From contig CP145411.1 in NCBI GenBank assembly GCA_036867785.1, positions 310,001 through 374,000 on the forward strand: DNA of 64,000 nt, read 5' to 3'. This stretch comes from Plasmodiophora brassicae (Eukaryota). Below the pieces are notes generated by a model. It saw only the letters and a list, made by a program, of their open reading frames with translations, did no database searches and was not told the origin of the DNA. Positions 37,690 through 50,231 of this stretch are shown one piece after another; within the stretch, counting starts at the first letter, position 1, and each line of letters opens with the position of its first letter. Position numbers and translations under genes: made by a program.

Positions 37690-39404
37690 CTAGCTGTCGT
37701 AGACGCCAGGCCATTCGCTATCCGTCTTGCACGACCCATCGGCAGAGCAGGCCGCCAGGCACTCGTCGGCGGTCACGAACTTGTACCCGCGCTCCTCGCG
37801 GAAGTAGGTCGCGTATCTGGACAGGCGGTTGGTTTGGTACGGCCACACGACAACGTTGCGTTCACGCGCGACGTACTTTTCAAGGATGCCGCGCGTGCCG
37901 TCTCGCGTGTAGACCGCGTCGTGATGAAGGATCAAGGCGGATCCCCCATGTGGAACCTGTTTGAAACCCGCAATGGACCGCTCGAAGATCGTGTCAGCGT
38001 CGCCTCCTTGCCAATCGTTCGAATCGATGTTCCACCTATTCAGTATTCCTTTGTCAGCGGATTTTGAAATCACGCAACTGAGAGGCGTACGTGGAGATTG
38101 TGAAGCCGAGGGAGTTGACCTGACGGGCCGTCTCATAGTTCAGGTCGCCGTACGGCGGTCGGAAGAGAATGCGGTTCGGCTGCGATGGACCTCGGCAATC
38201 GCGGTACCACTGGCGCCATCGCGACAGCTCATTGCGGATCTCGTCCGACGAAATCTGCAGGAAGCTGGGATGGGTCATTGAGTCTAAGTCGCCATAGGTC
38301 AGGGTGGGCGATAACGGCAACCCGATTCAGCACTGTACGGGAGTGTACGCCATGGCCGTCACGAATCATCTCGTGCAGCAGGTCGCATTGCTCGTCGTCC
38401 AAGGATCGCCCGGCGGCCAATGGCGCTAGGAAGAAGGAGGCCTTCATGTTCAGGCGACGGAGATCGGCCAGAAGCTGACGCGTCGATTCAGGGTACACAA
38501 CTGCCAGAGACAGCATTGGTTCAGATCCACAAGATCCTGCCCTACGCATCCACTTCACCTGGGCCGTCGTCGAACTGAAAGCGAAATCGAATCAGCAACC
38601 ATGAGAAACGGGCTAGGGGCGACGTCAGGCCGTTACCGAAAGTACAACGAGTTTCCTGTGGCCACACCAGTTGAAGGCGGTGTTGACAAGGTTTCCACCA
38701 TGGGGAATATCCTATCGTATGAAACTCCTATCAGTTGCGTCGGCATGGGGCATGGAGGCGAGTCCAGCGAACCGAGTCCGAGTCCGGTTCATCGGTGGGC
38801 ACTGGTGTCTTCTCCGGGCGACGGGGCCCACCCGACCCATCGCTACGGCAGATGGATTTCGCATTGCAATGGTCGGGACTTTTGCCACACCACCCGGCCT
38901 ACAGAGAAACGTTGGCATCCCGGTTTCGTGAACGTATGCTTCGCAGACATACCGAAGAGCAGCACTCTCCGGCTTCGCAACCAGCGCTGCCGAACCTTGG
39001 ACCACAGCGGCCGTCCTCTCGAGGCCTGTCCCAGCACATGGAGTCGGGCTTTCGAGGTTTCTTCGTGCGTCGGGGCTTGCTGGGTTTGGCAGGCGTCTCA
39101 GGAACAGGCTCGGGTTGCACTTCAGGGTCAGGCAGCGGTGAGGCAGGGCAGCGAGATCGCTCGTTGCAGAACCTCGACGAGCTCCCGCAGGTTCCAGCCT
39201 AGATCGCAGGTCAATACCAGCGGGCGACTGCACGTGCGCCGACGAACGTACGAACGAACAGCAATCACCCGGTAAGCAACTGGCCCGGCCGTACTTGATT
39301 CCACACCGTCCATCGGGTCTCGGTTTGCGGGTGCACTGCGATCGCTGGCCGGCGACGCCCGCTACCGCAACCGCCAGAAGGAACAGAACCCACACGACCT
39401 TCAT
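37690..39404 (-). CDS. Secreted chitin/polysaccharide deacetylase (CE4 NodB) with two CBM18 domains
   Basis: Signal-like MKVVWVLFLLAVAVAGVAG and two hevein domains (GRCGIKYGRASCLPGDCCS, GRCGPRFGSAGCEAGECCS..GWCG). CE4 motifs SFDDGP, HSMTH, FRPPYG, DSNDW and LHHD are assembled across introns. Confidence 0.9.
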
Positions 39405-39944
39405 CGCTTTGCACTATGACAACCCACCAGCTAGGCCGCCACCTTCCACTCTACTGCCGTTGCCGTTGGCGCTGCTAGATTCAACTCGGAACTGGCAACT
39501 GCTGCCAGTCGTTGGCTTGAAACGTGTCTCCGGCACTGTTACTTGTACATACAGATTCGTCCACCGTGCTTGGCACCAACTGGATTCAAACCGAAACGCA
39601 GAGCATCCATGCCGTCGTGGACCACTGCCGCATGGGGCAGCAACGCCTTTTCAGGCGACCAACCACAATAACACTCGCCCGCCTAAGCGGCATCGATATC
39701 AGGCCTGGGAAGTTGGCCACCACCTGCGAGTCCGCATACGTATCGAGAACCGGCGGTGCGTTATCGTTCCCGTTTGCGTACAACAGGGCGAACGCCGCTT
39801 CGTATTAGGCACACCGGGAAGTGTCCGTGCGCAGTCGGAAGGTCAAGGGCGAGGTGAGCCCTGAGCAGACAGTCAGCGCCGGAACTCGGTCGCAACGAGG
39901 TCAGTGCTGGCCCAGCGAGGCCCGACGTCGTCCGCGCAACCGCG

Positions 39945-40636
39945 ATGAGTGCATCGGACACCTGTGCGCTCTACGTCGGCAACATTTCGTTCAAGACGAC
40001 GGATGAGTCGCTGGCGGAGCTGTTCGCTGGCATGGGCATCGTCAGCGCCGAGGTGATCAAATCGCGCACGGGGCGCTCCCGCGGGTTCGGAATCGTCAAG
40101 TTCCACACGGCCGATGAGGTCGGCTTCGGACCAGGCCAACCTCCCCTGCACCGTTTCGGCTCACTGGTGTCTCTAGGCCGACGCAGCGATTTCGAAAGTT
40201 GACCAGACCGAATTCGAAGGCAGGAAAGTGTTCGTCAGGCACGACCAAAAACCGGACGCCAAGCCCATCGTAGAGAGCGGGAACGAGGATGCATCTAGCG
40301 TGTATCTCGGGAACCTGCCGTACGCTGCCACCTCCGAAAGGTTCACGCCTGTGTACTCGTCGGCTCTGCCATGGCACTGACGTGTCTCGCAGCCTCGAAG
40401 AATTGCTCGGCAACGAGCCGGGCTTCAAGTCTGTGGAGGTGATCATTGAACGCCGAACGAACCGTTCGCGAGGGTTCGCCATCGCGTCATTCGACAGCGC
40501 CGAGCACGCCAAAGCGGCCATCGACAAATACGACCAGTCGGAACTTGATGGGCGCACGATCCAGGCTCGTATTGACCATGGTCGTCGTCGTCGTCATGGA
40601 CGCGATGGGCCTGGTGAACATGAGGAAGGCGAGTAG
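39945..40636 (+). CDS. Two-RRM RNA-binding protein
   Basis: RNP2/RNP1 pairs LYVGNI / RGFGIVKF and VYLGNL / RGFAIASF. Two introns. Confidence 0.88.
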
Positions 40637-40778
40637 TTGCTGGCACCCGACGGCCAGGGCTCTGTGATGATGAACGTCAGCAGTCCATCGTTGAAGTTAC
40701 GAATACAGCATTGTCCCGTATGGTGGGCTGCGTTGGTAGCGAGGCCAGATACTGCCTTCTGTGTCACTGGCAGCGACT

Positions 40779-41348
40779 ACGATGGTGCTAGACGATATTG
40801 ACGATTACCTGATCCCGCGAGCGCCGTCGGCACCTCCGCCATGGCAGGAGCCGCCGCCACCTGCGCCAAAGGTTCCCAATTCCCAGACGCGTGCCGCCGA
40901 TCCACCATCCGGTCCATCTTCTCGATGGCCTCAAGCGGCTGCGGGCGTCGCTCGGGACTTGGACAACCTGCAGATGCAGATCGATGCACTGGCGAAGAGA
41001 CTGGCAGGTTCGATGGCCATGTCGCCGCCAGTTAAACAGCGCCCACGATCAAGGTCGACAACACCATGCCGCACACACCGACCAAAGGCGTCCGCTGGTA
41101 CTTCAGAAGGCGTTCTGAAATCACAACTGGAGGAGGCCCTGAGACGCTGCCGAATGCTGGAAGAATCTCTTCAACGACAGACCGAGCTGATCTCGTCGTT
41201 GAAAGCAGTGAACTCTGCATTAAGGCAAGAACTCGCCGCTGTCCGAAGGGCACCGAGTCCAGGGAAACCAAGGAGAAAGGGCGCAGCGAAACCCAAGTCG
41301 GCAAACGGTTCAACGACACGGCGTCTGAAATCGTCCACGCTTCGGTGA
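40779..41348 (+). CDS. Hypothetical Pro-rich / coiled-coil protein
   Basis: Single ORF with heptad-like segments (LKSQLEEALRRCRMLEESLQRQTELISSLKAVNSALRQEL). Confidence 0.55.
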   Translation, partial: TMVLDDIDDYLIPRAPSAPPPWQEPPPPAPKVPNSQTRAADPPSGPSSRWPQAAAGVARDLDNLQMQIDALAKRLAGSMAMSPPVKQRPRSRSTTPCRTHRPKASAGTSEGVLKSQLEEALRRCRMLEESLQRQTELISSLKAVNSALRQELAAVRRAPSPGKPRRKGAAKPKSANGSTTRRLKSSTLR

Positions 41349-41438
41349 AGCGATCACCATACAGTCACTGCCGTGTGCCACACCTGGATCGCCCAAAGGT
41401 ACAAAGTATAGCGCCAGTAGTACTGGTCGATGTGATCA

Positions 41439-43756
41439 ATGCCGAGTTCAACGGCGCTGGCCTGTGCACGTGAACTGCTGGCCACTGAGAAAACGTACGC
41501 GGCCGGCCTGAAATGCTTTCTGGACAACTTTGTCTACAAACTACCGAAGGCAGATGCGGCGGTCGATCGCATGTCGCGAAATATCAATGGCGTCCTCACC
41601 GTGCACGAGTACGACATGTTGATATTGTCGAGTGTATGCTGGCCTGTGATAGAAACTGTGCACATACAGGTCGCTAGGGCTCGCCAATGACAAACTAGCC
41701 GCACAGATCGTGCAAGAGCCGTGCACTGCGATCGTAGCCGTTGCTGAATCCATCTCGAAAGCCGACTTCGTTCAGCCATATGCCACATGCATTAACGACC
41801 TTGAAACGATGGAGCGTGAAGTTGCTCGTCTAAGGAAGGGGCGTCTGCATGGCGATATTGCGGTAGCAAGTCTCGAGGCGCCACCAGCTGAATGTATGAC
41901 ATATGACAATGGAATAGGCCTTAGAGCGAAATCTGCCATTGCAATCTGTATCCGCATATCTGATTATGCCCGTCCAAAGAATACCGAGGTTGATCATGAT
42001 GATGGCAACGATCGAGAAGGGGCTAACGACAGACGATATCTGCGAACACCCGGACGTCAAGTCCCAAGTCGATCACGCGCTTCAGTCATTGTCGGATTGT
42101 GCATCCCTTCTGAACGAAGCCAAACGATCTAAGGAGGTTAGTAAGGAGCTCCCAAGCAGGAATTGCGCCTAATTGCACCGTTCAGATTCACGATCTCCTC
42201 ACGTCTGTAGTCGAGAACTCACCCGATATACAGTTTAATCCATTAGCCGGGCGGCGCCTCCTAAAGCATAGCGGTGTCCAGAGGGACCATAAAAGGTAGA
42301 CTTGAGCGTATCTGCCAGAACCGCGTTTCACCAACGGCAAATTGGTGCAGGTCAGGACTGACTGCCCCGACGGCATCCCATTGCCTATTGTTCGACGACC
42401 GCGTTTGCGTCGTCAATCGAAAATTCCAGCTAAAGAGCGACGTCGTCCTGGCCGGCACCAACGTCACCGTCACGCAGTACGACAGCCCACCAGGTCGCCA
42501 TCACACCTGGCGATACGGGCTCATGTTCCAGCAAGGAACGTCGCGGCCAAAGTAAGCCAAAAGATATGTGTACCTACACCTCTCACCGGTATACAACTCT
42601 GACAACAGGTCGCCACTATCCGGTCTGAGGCAGCGGCTGTCACCAAGGGGTGCCGCAGAATCAGACGACCAGGTCGCGATCTTGTTCGAGACAGACGCGG
42701 AACGCTCCGAGTGGATTGCGATAGTCCGTTCCCAGCTGCATCTCACTGTGCTCGAGCCAGGGCGTTCCTCGACACCCTCTGACGGGGATAGCTTGAGCCG
42801 CCACTCGATAATCTCAAATGATAGCAACTGCGATGAACCAGTTCCTCGTAGCGATTCTGTTGTGGTCCTGTCCGTGCCGATTTGGCGTCCCGAACCCCAT
42901 GATGAGACCTGTGGAAAGCACGTGGTGTACGTAGCACACGTTCGATGTGGTTCGTAAGCCTGACTGAGCTTGATGTGCGCAGCAGCGAACCTCTGCAAGT
43001 CATTTCTCCCGCAATTGCTTTCGTACACTGGTCAGTCCAGGTCTCAATCGTGCCTCCCGACACAGTCGACGTCCACAGTGGGCTCAAAGCGTTCGAAGAA
43101 TGGGTACGAAATGTATATTTTCATAACGGCTGTCATTGACATGGCAACAACAACAGGTCTGCGGCGGAGATCATGGGATGACGGTCATTCTGTTTAACAC
43201 ACTAGTCCGAACCGACGAACCGCCCGTCATCGACATCTCCGTCATCGCCATCGTTAAGCCATCAGCAGGACACTCGTCAAGGGACATCATTGCACCTACA
43301 CTCGCCACCCAATTCGAAAAATTTATCACCAGCTGCCATCCTGCTGCTCAACCATCGTACCTGACTTTGTGTCCAATAAACATACCCGCCTGATCCACTG
43401 GCCTCGTCGACCTAGTTAAGATACCAGCACCAGGTTGCGACAGCGTCTAATGCAGCGGCACCGGGTAATCAGAGTGATCTTCTATAATAGAAGTACATTT
43501 AGAATAAGAAGCCGTTGCGGCCTCACACGGCACCCCAATATTCTTGTCGGGACCTTGCCCCGTATGCCAGAAGAGCTTAGCCGCCCTGACAGCGTTTGCA
43601 GGCACGTTTGGCAAGTGCATAAACGGCATGGGTTTGTTACAGGTCGTCTCTGCCATCGGCTGTTCTGTCGCCAATCTGCATTGGATGCCCCACCCTGAGA
43701 AGGCATATACGAGGCATAAGAGCCTTTCTCAGCGCAAAGACGCCGTTAAGAAGTAA
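41439..43756 (+). CDS. RhoGEF (DH)-PH domain protein, multi-exon
   Basis: DH-like ARELLATEKTYAAGLKCFL and SAYLIMPVQRIPRL, and PH-like HCLLFDD... and FETDAERSEWI. The 3' exon structure and end are uncertain. Confidence 0.72.
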
Positions 43757-43834
43757 AGACAGGTGCACCCTTCATCACCGTTCGACTCATTGTGCGACCA
43801 GTTGTTGTTATTGAAATTGTGCCATCATATTTAC

Positions 43835-44772
43835 CTAACTCGCTACAAGGCCGGAGCAGCTCATCGCTCTCTGTAGTCGGAACAGCCTTGTTGTTGCCGA
43901 TGACGACGGGCGGCCAGCCGCAGGAGGTCGTATATCGATAGCGGTGGAACGTTCGCTACCACTTCGTCGCATGGAGGATGTAGCCCCGAAAGAAGAGATC
44001 GACGGTTCCCAGATGTCGTTCCAACGCAGCCTGATTGGGGCTTGTCGGCCACCGCCCGGTGGCAATGACGCCACAGGAGACAACATAAACGTCAACCGAG
44101 GGACGATGCTTTCAAGGAATTGCTCCAAGGTCAGGTCATCGGTGTCGACGATGACTCTATGCAGACGCTGCAGAATTGCCCGCAACGTGTGTCGCCTAAG
44201 ACGAGCATCGCCCCCTGCTCGACATCGATGTCATCAAGGAAATCAGAACGGAATCCCTGATGAATTACCCAATGATATGGCAAATAACGAATGCCGCACG
44301 ACATGGACGGCTGCAGGCCACCCGTTAAGAAGTTTCATAAGGGCAACGCTTAACGCTCGGCACTTGTCGGCACTAAGACACTGATCGCTCGGGCTGGCCA
44401 CCAGCGCGAACCACAGGTCATCAACCACGGCTTTGTTTCGCGGTGAACGCCTGTTTCCATCGAATTAGCTATTCGATTCGAATCCTTCATATGATCGCAC
44501 CCTTTCGCCGATAGCCGGTGTCCTTCTCGCGTTCTACAACAGATTGCAGTGTCCTTGCCTGGCTGGCTCCCAGGAGACGGTGGCAATCGTCGTGGTTGTG
44601 GACCCGGCACCAATCGAGATGTTGACATTGACGATAACGGCCGACTGGTTCGTCGTTGTCGCCTGGTATTGGGAGAAGGTTCTGCCACCTCTTCAGCAGG
44701 TTGCGGGATCTCGATGGGCGTTGGCGCCGAACGCTGTCGACGCTGTCGTAGACCGCGCACATGGAGCGACAT
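43835..44772 (-). CDS. Hypothetical protein, multi-exon
   Basis: Consecutive minus-strand coding-like segments (MSLHVRGLRQRR..., VDDLWFALVASPSDQCLS..., LRAILQRLHRVIVDTDDLTLEQFLESIVPRL). No recognised domain. Confidence 0.45.
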
Positions 44773-45253
44773 TACTGCCAAGTACGTTAACGTCGATCGG
44801 CCTGTACGCTGCTTACACCGATCGTACTGGGGCGAATCACCTCCGTGTCTCTGGACAGAACTGTCGGCCAGTATGAGAACGTCGATTCGATGTCGTTACG
44901 GCTTAGGGGATTCTAACTGAATGGCAGACGGGCTTGCCTCGTTCCTGCTCACCATGAAATTAGGAAGAACTCGCGATGCGTGCATTTCGCTATTCGAGTG
45001 TACGTTGACGGGTCTTCATTTGTCATGCAGGGCTACCTGACGAGTTGTCCCTTCCTTTCTAGCGAGCGCCTGGCAACGCATCTACATTTCCAGAGATGGG
45101 ACGGCAACTAAATGGTCGAAAATGTCATATCTTTGGCACTCGTTTGCCAGATATGGTACTGATACGCTTTCCGAACCGAAAATTCCGCATCGCGTCCACC
45201 GGCAAACGGAGACCGCAGACGGCAGAGCGAGTCAACCGATTGTGATTGTCGTA

Positions 45254-46668
45254 ATGAGGTGGTCGTGGTTTCGGCGTATGTCAGCGCCCGTCGCCGTGGC
45301 GACTACGGGTCGGAATGCTGCAGCAGGGGACGAGGGCGCTGGGGAGCGGGATGTGCCTCGAACAAGCGACCTGACGCTGCGATCCGTTCAAGTTATCTTC
45401 CGCCACGGTGGCTGTCGATTCACGTATGGCGCTCGTGACAATGATGCTTACGAGTGGGTACCAGGTGCAAGAACGCCGATTACCGGGTTGTACGGTCATG
45501 ACGTTGATTTCCCGACGCCGCCGGGAATGGAATTCCGATGCCGAGGACCAACGTCGCCGTTATTCTTCACCGAGGCTCGACGGCTATACCATCGGCATTA
45601 TACGACAAGTGTTAGGCACTATGAGCCTATTGTACGAGGGCCGGTATTAGCCGGATGGTGTCGTCCAGGGCAGCTGACAGTTCAGGGGCGACGCGACTTG
45701 GCCGCTGTTGGCACTAAGCTACGTAAACGTTACGTTGACGAGTTGAAGTTCCTGTCTCCGGAATACGTTCCTGAAGAAGTACTGGTACGCTCTACTGACG
45801 TGGAACGGACGCTGGAATCAGCGGTATCGCTACTGGAAGCTTTGTTTCCGGCGAATGATCTAACGCCGGCGGTCAATATTCGTGCTCTCAAAGAACATGA
45901 CGAGAACATGTTCGTATTGGCGGTCATATTGAATTTCTCCGGCTAACTTCTCGTTGTAGGTATCCCAGGTCATCATGCAGGGCCTTGCAGGCCCTGAAGT
46001 CGGCAGCGATGCAATCGACTGCTGCAGATCGTGCCAAGCAACGGGAAGCTCTGACTGCCGATGTCCAGGATTGGATAAACTCGAAGTCGAGAGGAGAGCC
46101 CATCCGACGTTTCGAAGGCATTCACAACACGACGCAATGCTACATTGCCAACAATGTCCCGCTACCCCATCACTTGCCGCGTGCACTGCAAATCCGCATC
46201 GAAGACGAAGCCGTGTATGAGATGAACACTAAATACGGGTCCTTCAAGGCCGCCCGGCTTGGAATCGGTCGGTTCGTTGGCGACCTCCTGCATGACTTGA
46301 GGTCTTCAGCAAGTTCGCCGTCGCCAGTTCGCCTTCGGCTGTATTCGGGACACGACAGTACAGTCGGTCCGTTAGCCATTGCGTTACAGACTGACTCAGC
46401 GGGGCAGATGATTGGTCACCTGAAGGAGTTCCCTGCATTCGCATCCCATATCATCGTCGAGCTATACGAGCAGAAGTCTTCAGGCAAGATGTGGGTGCGC
46501 GCCATGTACTCGGGTCAGCGCATCGTCGAGGATCTCGATCTCCCGGGATCTATCGTCAACGACGACGGCCACGCCCTCGTCGAACTCGAAGACCTTGCCA
46601 CACGACTCGCTCCCATTATTCCTGATCCCCTCGCGTACGACGACGAATGCAAGTCGCCCAGAAAGTGA
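45254..46668 (+). CDS. Histidine acid phosphatase (ACP6-like)
   Basis: Catalytic VQVIFRHG|ARTP (RHGxRxP split by an intron), GQLTVQG, VRSTDVERTLESA and LYSGHDST. Confidence 0.9.
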
Positions 46669-46884
46669 ACCACCGACCCTGATAAACCTTTCATAAGGCT
46701 TGCTTAAACAGGAAATGATAGCATGTCTCTTCGTCCGCCTTAATGCTCATCGTTTGGCCGGAACCTTCATCGTCAGCGTGGCTGCATCGTTTTGTTCCAA
46801 TGGCCGTGTTTCCAAAATTAGTCGGCACAGTCGGTCGGGGGGTAACGCCATCGTGCGGCAACGACGCATCGCTCGAAGCATTTG

Positions 46885-49420
46885 ATGGCGTTGCCAGAAA
46901 AGCCCAGTGGTGCCGACTTGGCCAAGGCAACAGAAGATCTGCAGCGAGCTCTTGACTGGCATTCTAGCGATGCTGTACGGGACCATGAGCGGCGGTGCAC
47001 CGATTTTCTGGCCCGGCACCCCATCTTTCGTAACCGGCATTACGTGGTGCGAACTTGATAATCCCTTGGGTGTGATGAATTGACTGGGTTTAACGGCTTG
47101 TATGCGTTAGGGGATGAGTCTTCGTGAAGCTCGTGATCTGGTGATGGAGCAGGTGCGAGTCTTCACACAGGAGTCAGGCCTGTTCCAGTTCTCCGATTTC
47201 GTTCACGATCCGGAGCGCTGGGCGGCAACGCTTGGCCCTGTCACGCTCGTTTCCGGCAATATGGTCGCACCGATTACCTAGGATCACTTGCGCACATCTG
47301 ACCTGATGCTGCACAGGCGACACTAATGTCTGTCATATTTGGATTGTAGATATCGCCTCTTCACGACGCTTGCGACATATTTATACCTGACGCTTCTCTT
47401 TAGGTTCGGCGCAACCGTCATGCTCGTGGGAACTGAATATCATCACAAGACGTACCGTTAGATTTCTTCGCTAGACATTTGCTCATGTCGTATCGTTGAC
47501 TTTGGACTGTCTCAGAAGACGAAATTCAGTCTTTGAAAGTCAAAGGATGCTTTTGTCTGACGGAACTCGGCCATGGGTCCAACGTGAAATCTGTATTGCT
47601 CTCTCTCCCGTTGTGCCACCACTCTGTTAGCGTAATGACGCGGGGATATGTAGCTGGAGACAACAGCGCACTTTGACGCGGTCAATGGAGAGTTCGTTAT
47701 CAACACTCCCTCCGATTCTGCTCAGAAATACTGGATTGGTAAATCGCTGTCGATTGTACAATAGCATTTCACTGAGTTTCGTTGCTGCAGGCGGGCTTGC
47801 TCAGCATTGCACCCATGCAGTCGTATTCGCCCAGTTGTTCGCGGACGGGGCCGACCGCGGTGTTCATGCATTCGTCGTGCAAATCAGGTCCCAGACGGAC
47901 GGATCACTGATGCCGGGTGTTCATGTCATGGATATTGGATACAAAACGGGTAACGGCTCTGAAACGGTCTCAGGACTTGGCTGATTGTCACCAGGTGTAC
48001 ACGGTGTCGATAATGGGCGCCTGTGGCTGACGAACGTGCGCGTTGGAAGGCGAGCCCTACTCGACCGTTTCTGCAAAGTCGATGAGGTTGGACGATATCA
48101 TTCAGAAATTAAGTCCAATAACGCACGGTTCACCAAGATGTTTGGCCAACTCATTATCGGGCGCATTGGTAAGCACCAATCGGCAGACTTTGAAAGGCGC
48201 TGACTAGTTTGAGACAGGAGTAGCAATGGGTGCGATTTTGCTTTCCAAGCTGGGGTTGGACATTGCTGTTCGGTATTCGCTCTCAAGGAGACAGTTCGCA
48301 CCCTCACCTGGCATGCCCGAGTCGCTTCTCCTCGACTATTCGTCGCACCAGATCCGCCTGCTGCCCCTAATCGCTAAGGCGTATGCATTGGACATTGCCG
48401 CAAATTCCTTCCGCAAGGTACCGCGTGCTTCTTTCTAGCCCTGCTTCTGCTAGATACCAACTCGGTATGTAGGATGTTTACGCGAATATTTTAAGAACCG
48501 GGCAGTCCCTGTCTTCCTACTTGGACTCTATCCAGACTGAGTTCCACATATTTGCTTCGGGTCTCAAACCTTTGGCAACCTGGAGTCGTCAGCGAACTTT
48601 ACAGACTTGCCGCGAATGCTGCGGTGGACAAGGTCTCCTGGCAGCCAATATAATCGGGCGCCTAATGACCGACAACGAAATCGACACGACATGGGAAGGT
48701 ACGCGATGCCTAGGTATTATATATCAACCACAAGTAAGGACTGAAGCATGGCCAGGGGACAACACGGTCCTCTTGCAACAGGTCTCCGGATACTTGTTGA
48801 AAGACTTCGCTCGTCGTATGAAATCAACGAACCGATTTGAACTTCTCCTTCAGCATATCACGAACCAGTACGTCATGCCCATGACCGCCTTTCGTCGTTC
48901 GAACATCGAGAGCATTGACATGTACATCGACGCGTTACGTTATCGTCGGGAGCTTCTGTTGGTCAAGATCGCCATGACGTTGAATCAGACCCAGAGCAAG
49001 AAGACAGCAGAGGAGCGTTTCGAAGTCTGGAACCTGGCGCTCCCGACCATGTTGGAGCTGGGACTGGCACAGGCCGAACTGGAGGTGCTTACCCGATTCT
49101 CGGTGGCGGTGAAGCCGACAGATGCGCGTATCCTGCACCGTCTCTGCCTTCTGTTCGCAGCTTGCACAATCGAGCAGCACGTGGCATTCTATCTGCAGGA
49201 AGGGTTCCTAACATCAGGGACGGCTCGCGACATATCCGCCCTGATCCGCAAACTTTGCTGGGAATTACGTCCATACGCTGCCGCCCTCGTTGACGCGTTC
49301 GCCATTGATCCACGTCTCGCCGATGCGCCCATTGCTCACGACTGGCTTTTGGCCAACTCCCGAGAATCCATCCCAGGCGTGTCTGGCCCGTCGTACCTCA
49401 CGCGTGTTAGCAAACTCTAA
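46885..49420 (+). CDS. Peroxisomal acyl-CoA oxidase
   Basis: GCFCLTELGHGSNV, LETTA.FD..NGEFVINTP..SAQKYWIG, GVHGVDNG, IAVRYSLSRRQF, CRECCGGQG, TWEGDNTVLLQQ. Ends in PTS1 -SKL*. Confidence 0.93.
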
Positions 49421-49634
49421 CAGCTGGTCACCTCTGCCATTACCTACGACATCGATGTCGAGAGAGTGTCATAAACTTAGTCCGTCTGCGGTTCGGCAGC
49501 ATCTGCGAAACCCGCGCCAACTCAGTGGACAGAACTGGTTCAACAAACACGAATCAACAGTGGCGACCGACAGTGTCTGAATTGTATTGTATTGAACGCG
49601 GCATCGTTGGCGACGCTAGCAGCCGTGCGGGACG

Positions 49635-50132
49635 TCACATCTCGGTGACACGGTCATCGTTCTGGACCAGGCTAAGGCGGACGTGGGCGCTCATCGCCGA
49701 GATGGCTTCGTGACCGAAATCGCCCCCAGTGCACTTGATCAGGTCTTCGGCGCACTGGCGACGGTCGCTAGTGCTGTGGGAGTTCACCACGCAAGCGGCT
49801 TGAGTTCCAAAGCAGGACGCGCATTCGGGCGATAGGTCCGTCTCCTGTTTCATGCAGTCGTCGATACAGGCCTCAATCTTGTCGGCAGACATCCATTGTG
49901 AGAGGCACACCTTGAACGAGCAGTCAGCCTGAGCAAGAATCGCGATGTGTCAGTTCCCGGTCGTTGATCAAGAAATCCGCAGACGAACGAGATGGTCAAA
50001 GACTTCCTCCTTGTGTGAGATAATGTCGGCGTCCGCCTTGCTGTCGCACTTGGAATCGGAGGTACCGAACCCCGTTGCCAAGGCCACCAGCAGAATCGTC
50101 ACCAGCGAAGCTGCCAAGATATCCGTCTGCAT
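49635..50132 (-). CDS. Small secreted cysteine-rich protein (2 exons)
   Basis: Signal-like MQTDILAASLVTILLVALATG. About 10 Cys in the mature part, including CIDDCMKQETDLSPECASCFGTQAAC. Intron about 49929-49990. Confidence 0.72.
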
Positions 50133-50208
50133 CTTTCAGAGCACGCGCTATTGACAAATGATGAGGCGCAACTCGCAACGGACATGCAGCCGCCGCTGGA
50201 CGGTCGGC

Positions 50209-50231
50209 GGGGGGGGGGGGGGGAGGGGGGG
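50209..50231 (+). repeat. Poly-G tract (G15-A-G7), followed by TCATCA-containing short repeats at ~50251-50298
   Basis: Directly visible, intergenic. Confidence 0.95.

Noticed and set aside
40779-41690. Fusion of the coiled-coil ORF with the downstream RhoGEF
   Set aside because: An in-frame TGA lies just upstream of the DH ATG and I found no suitable acceptor to bypass it.
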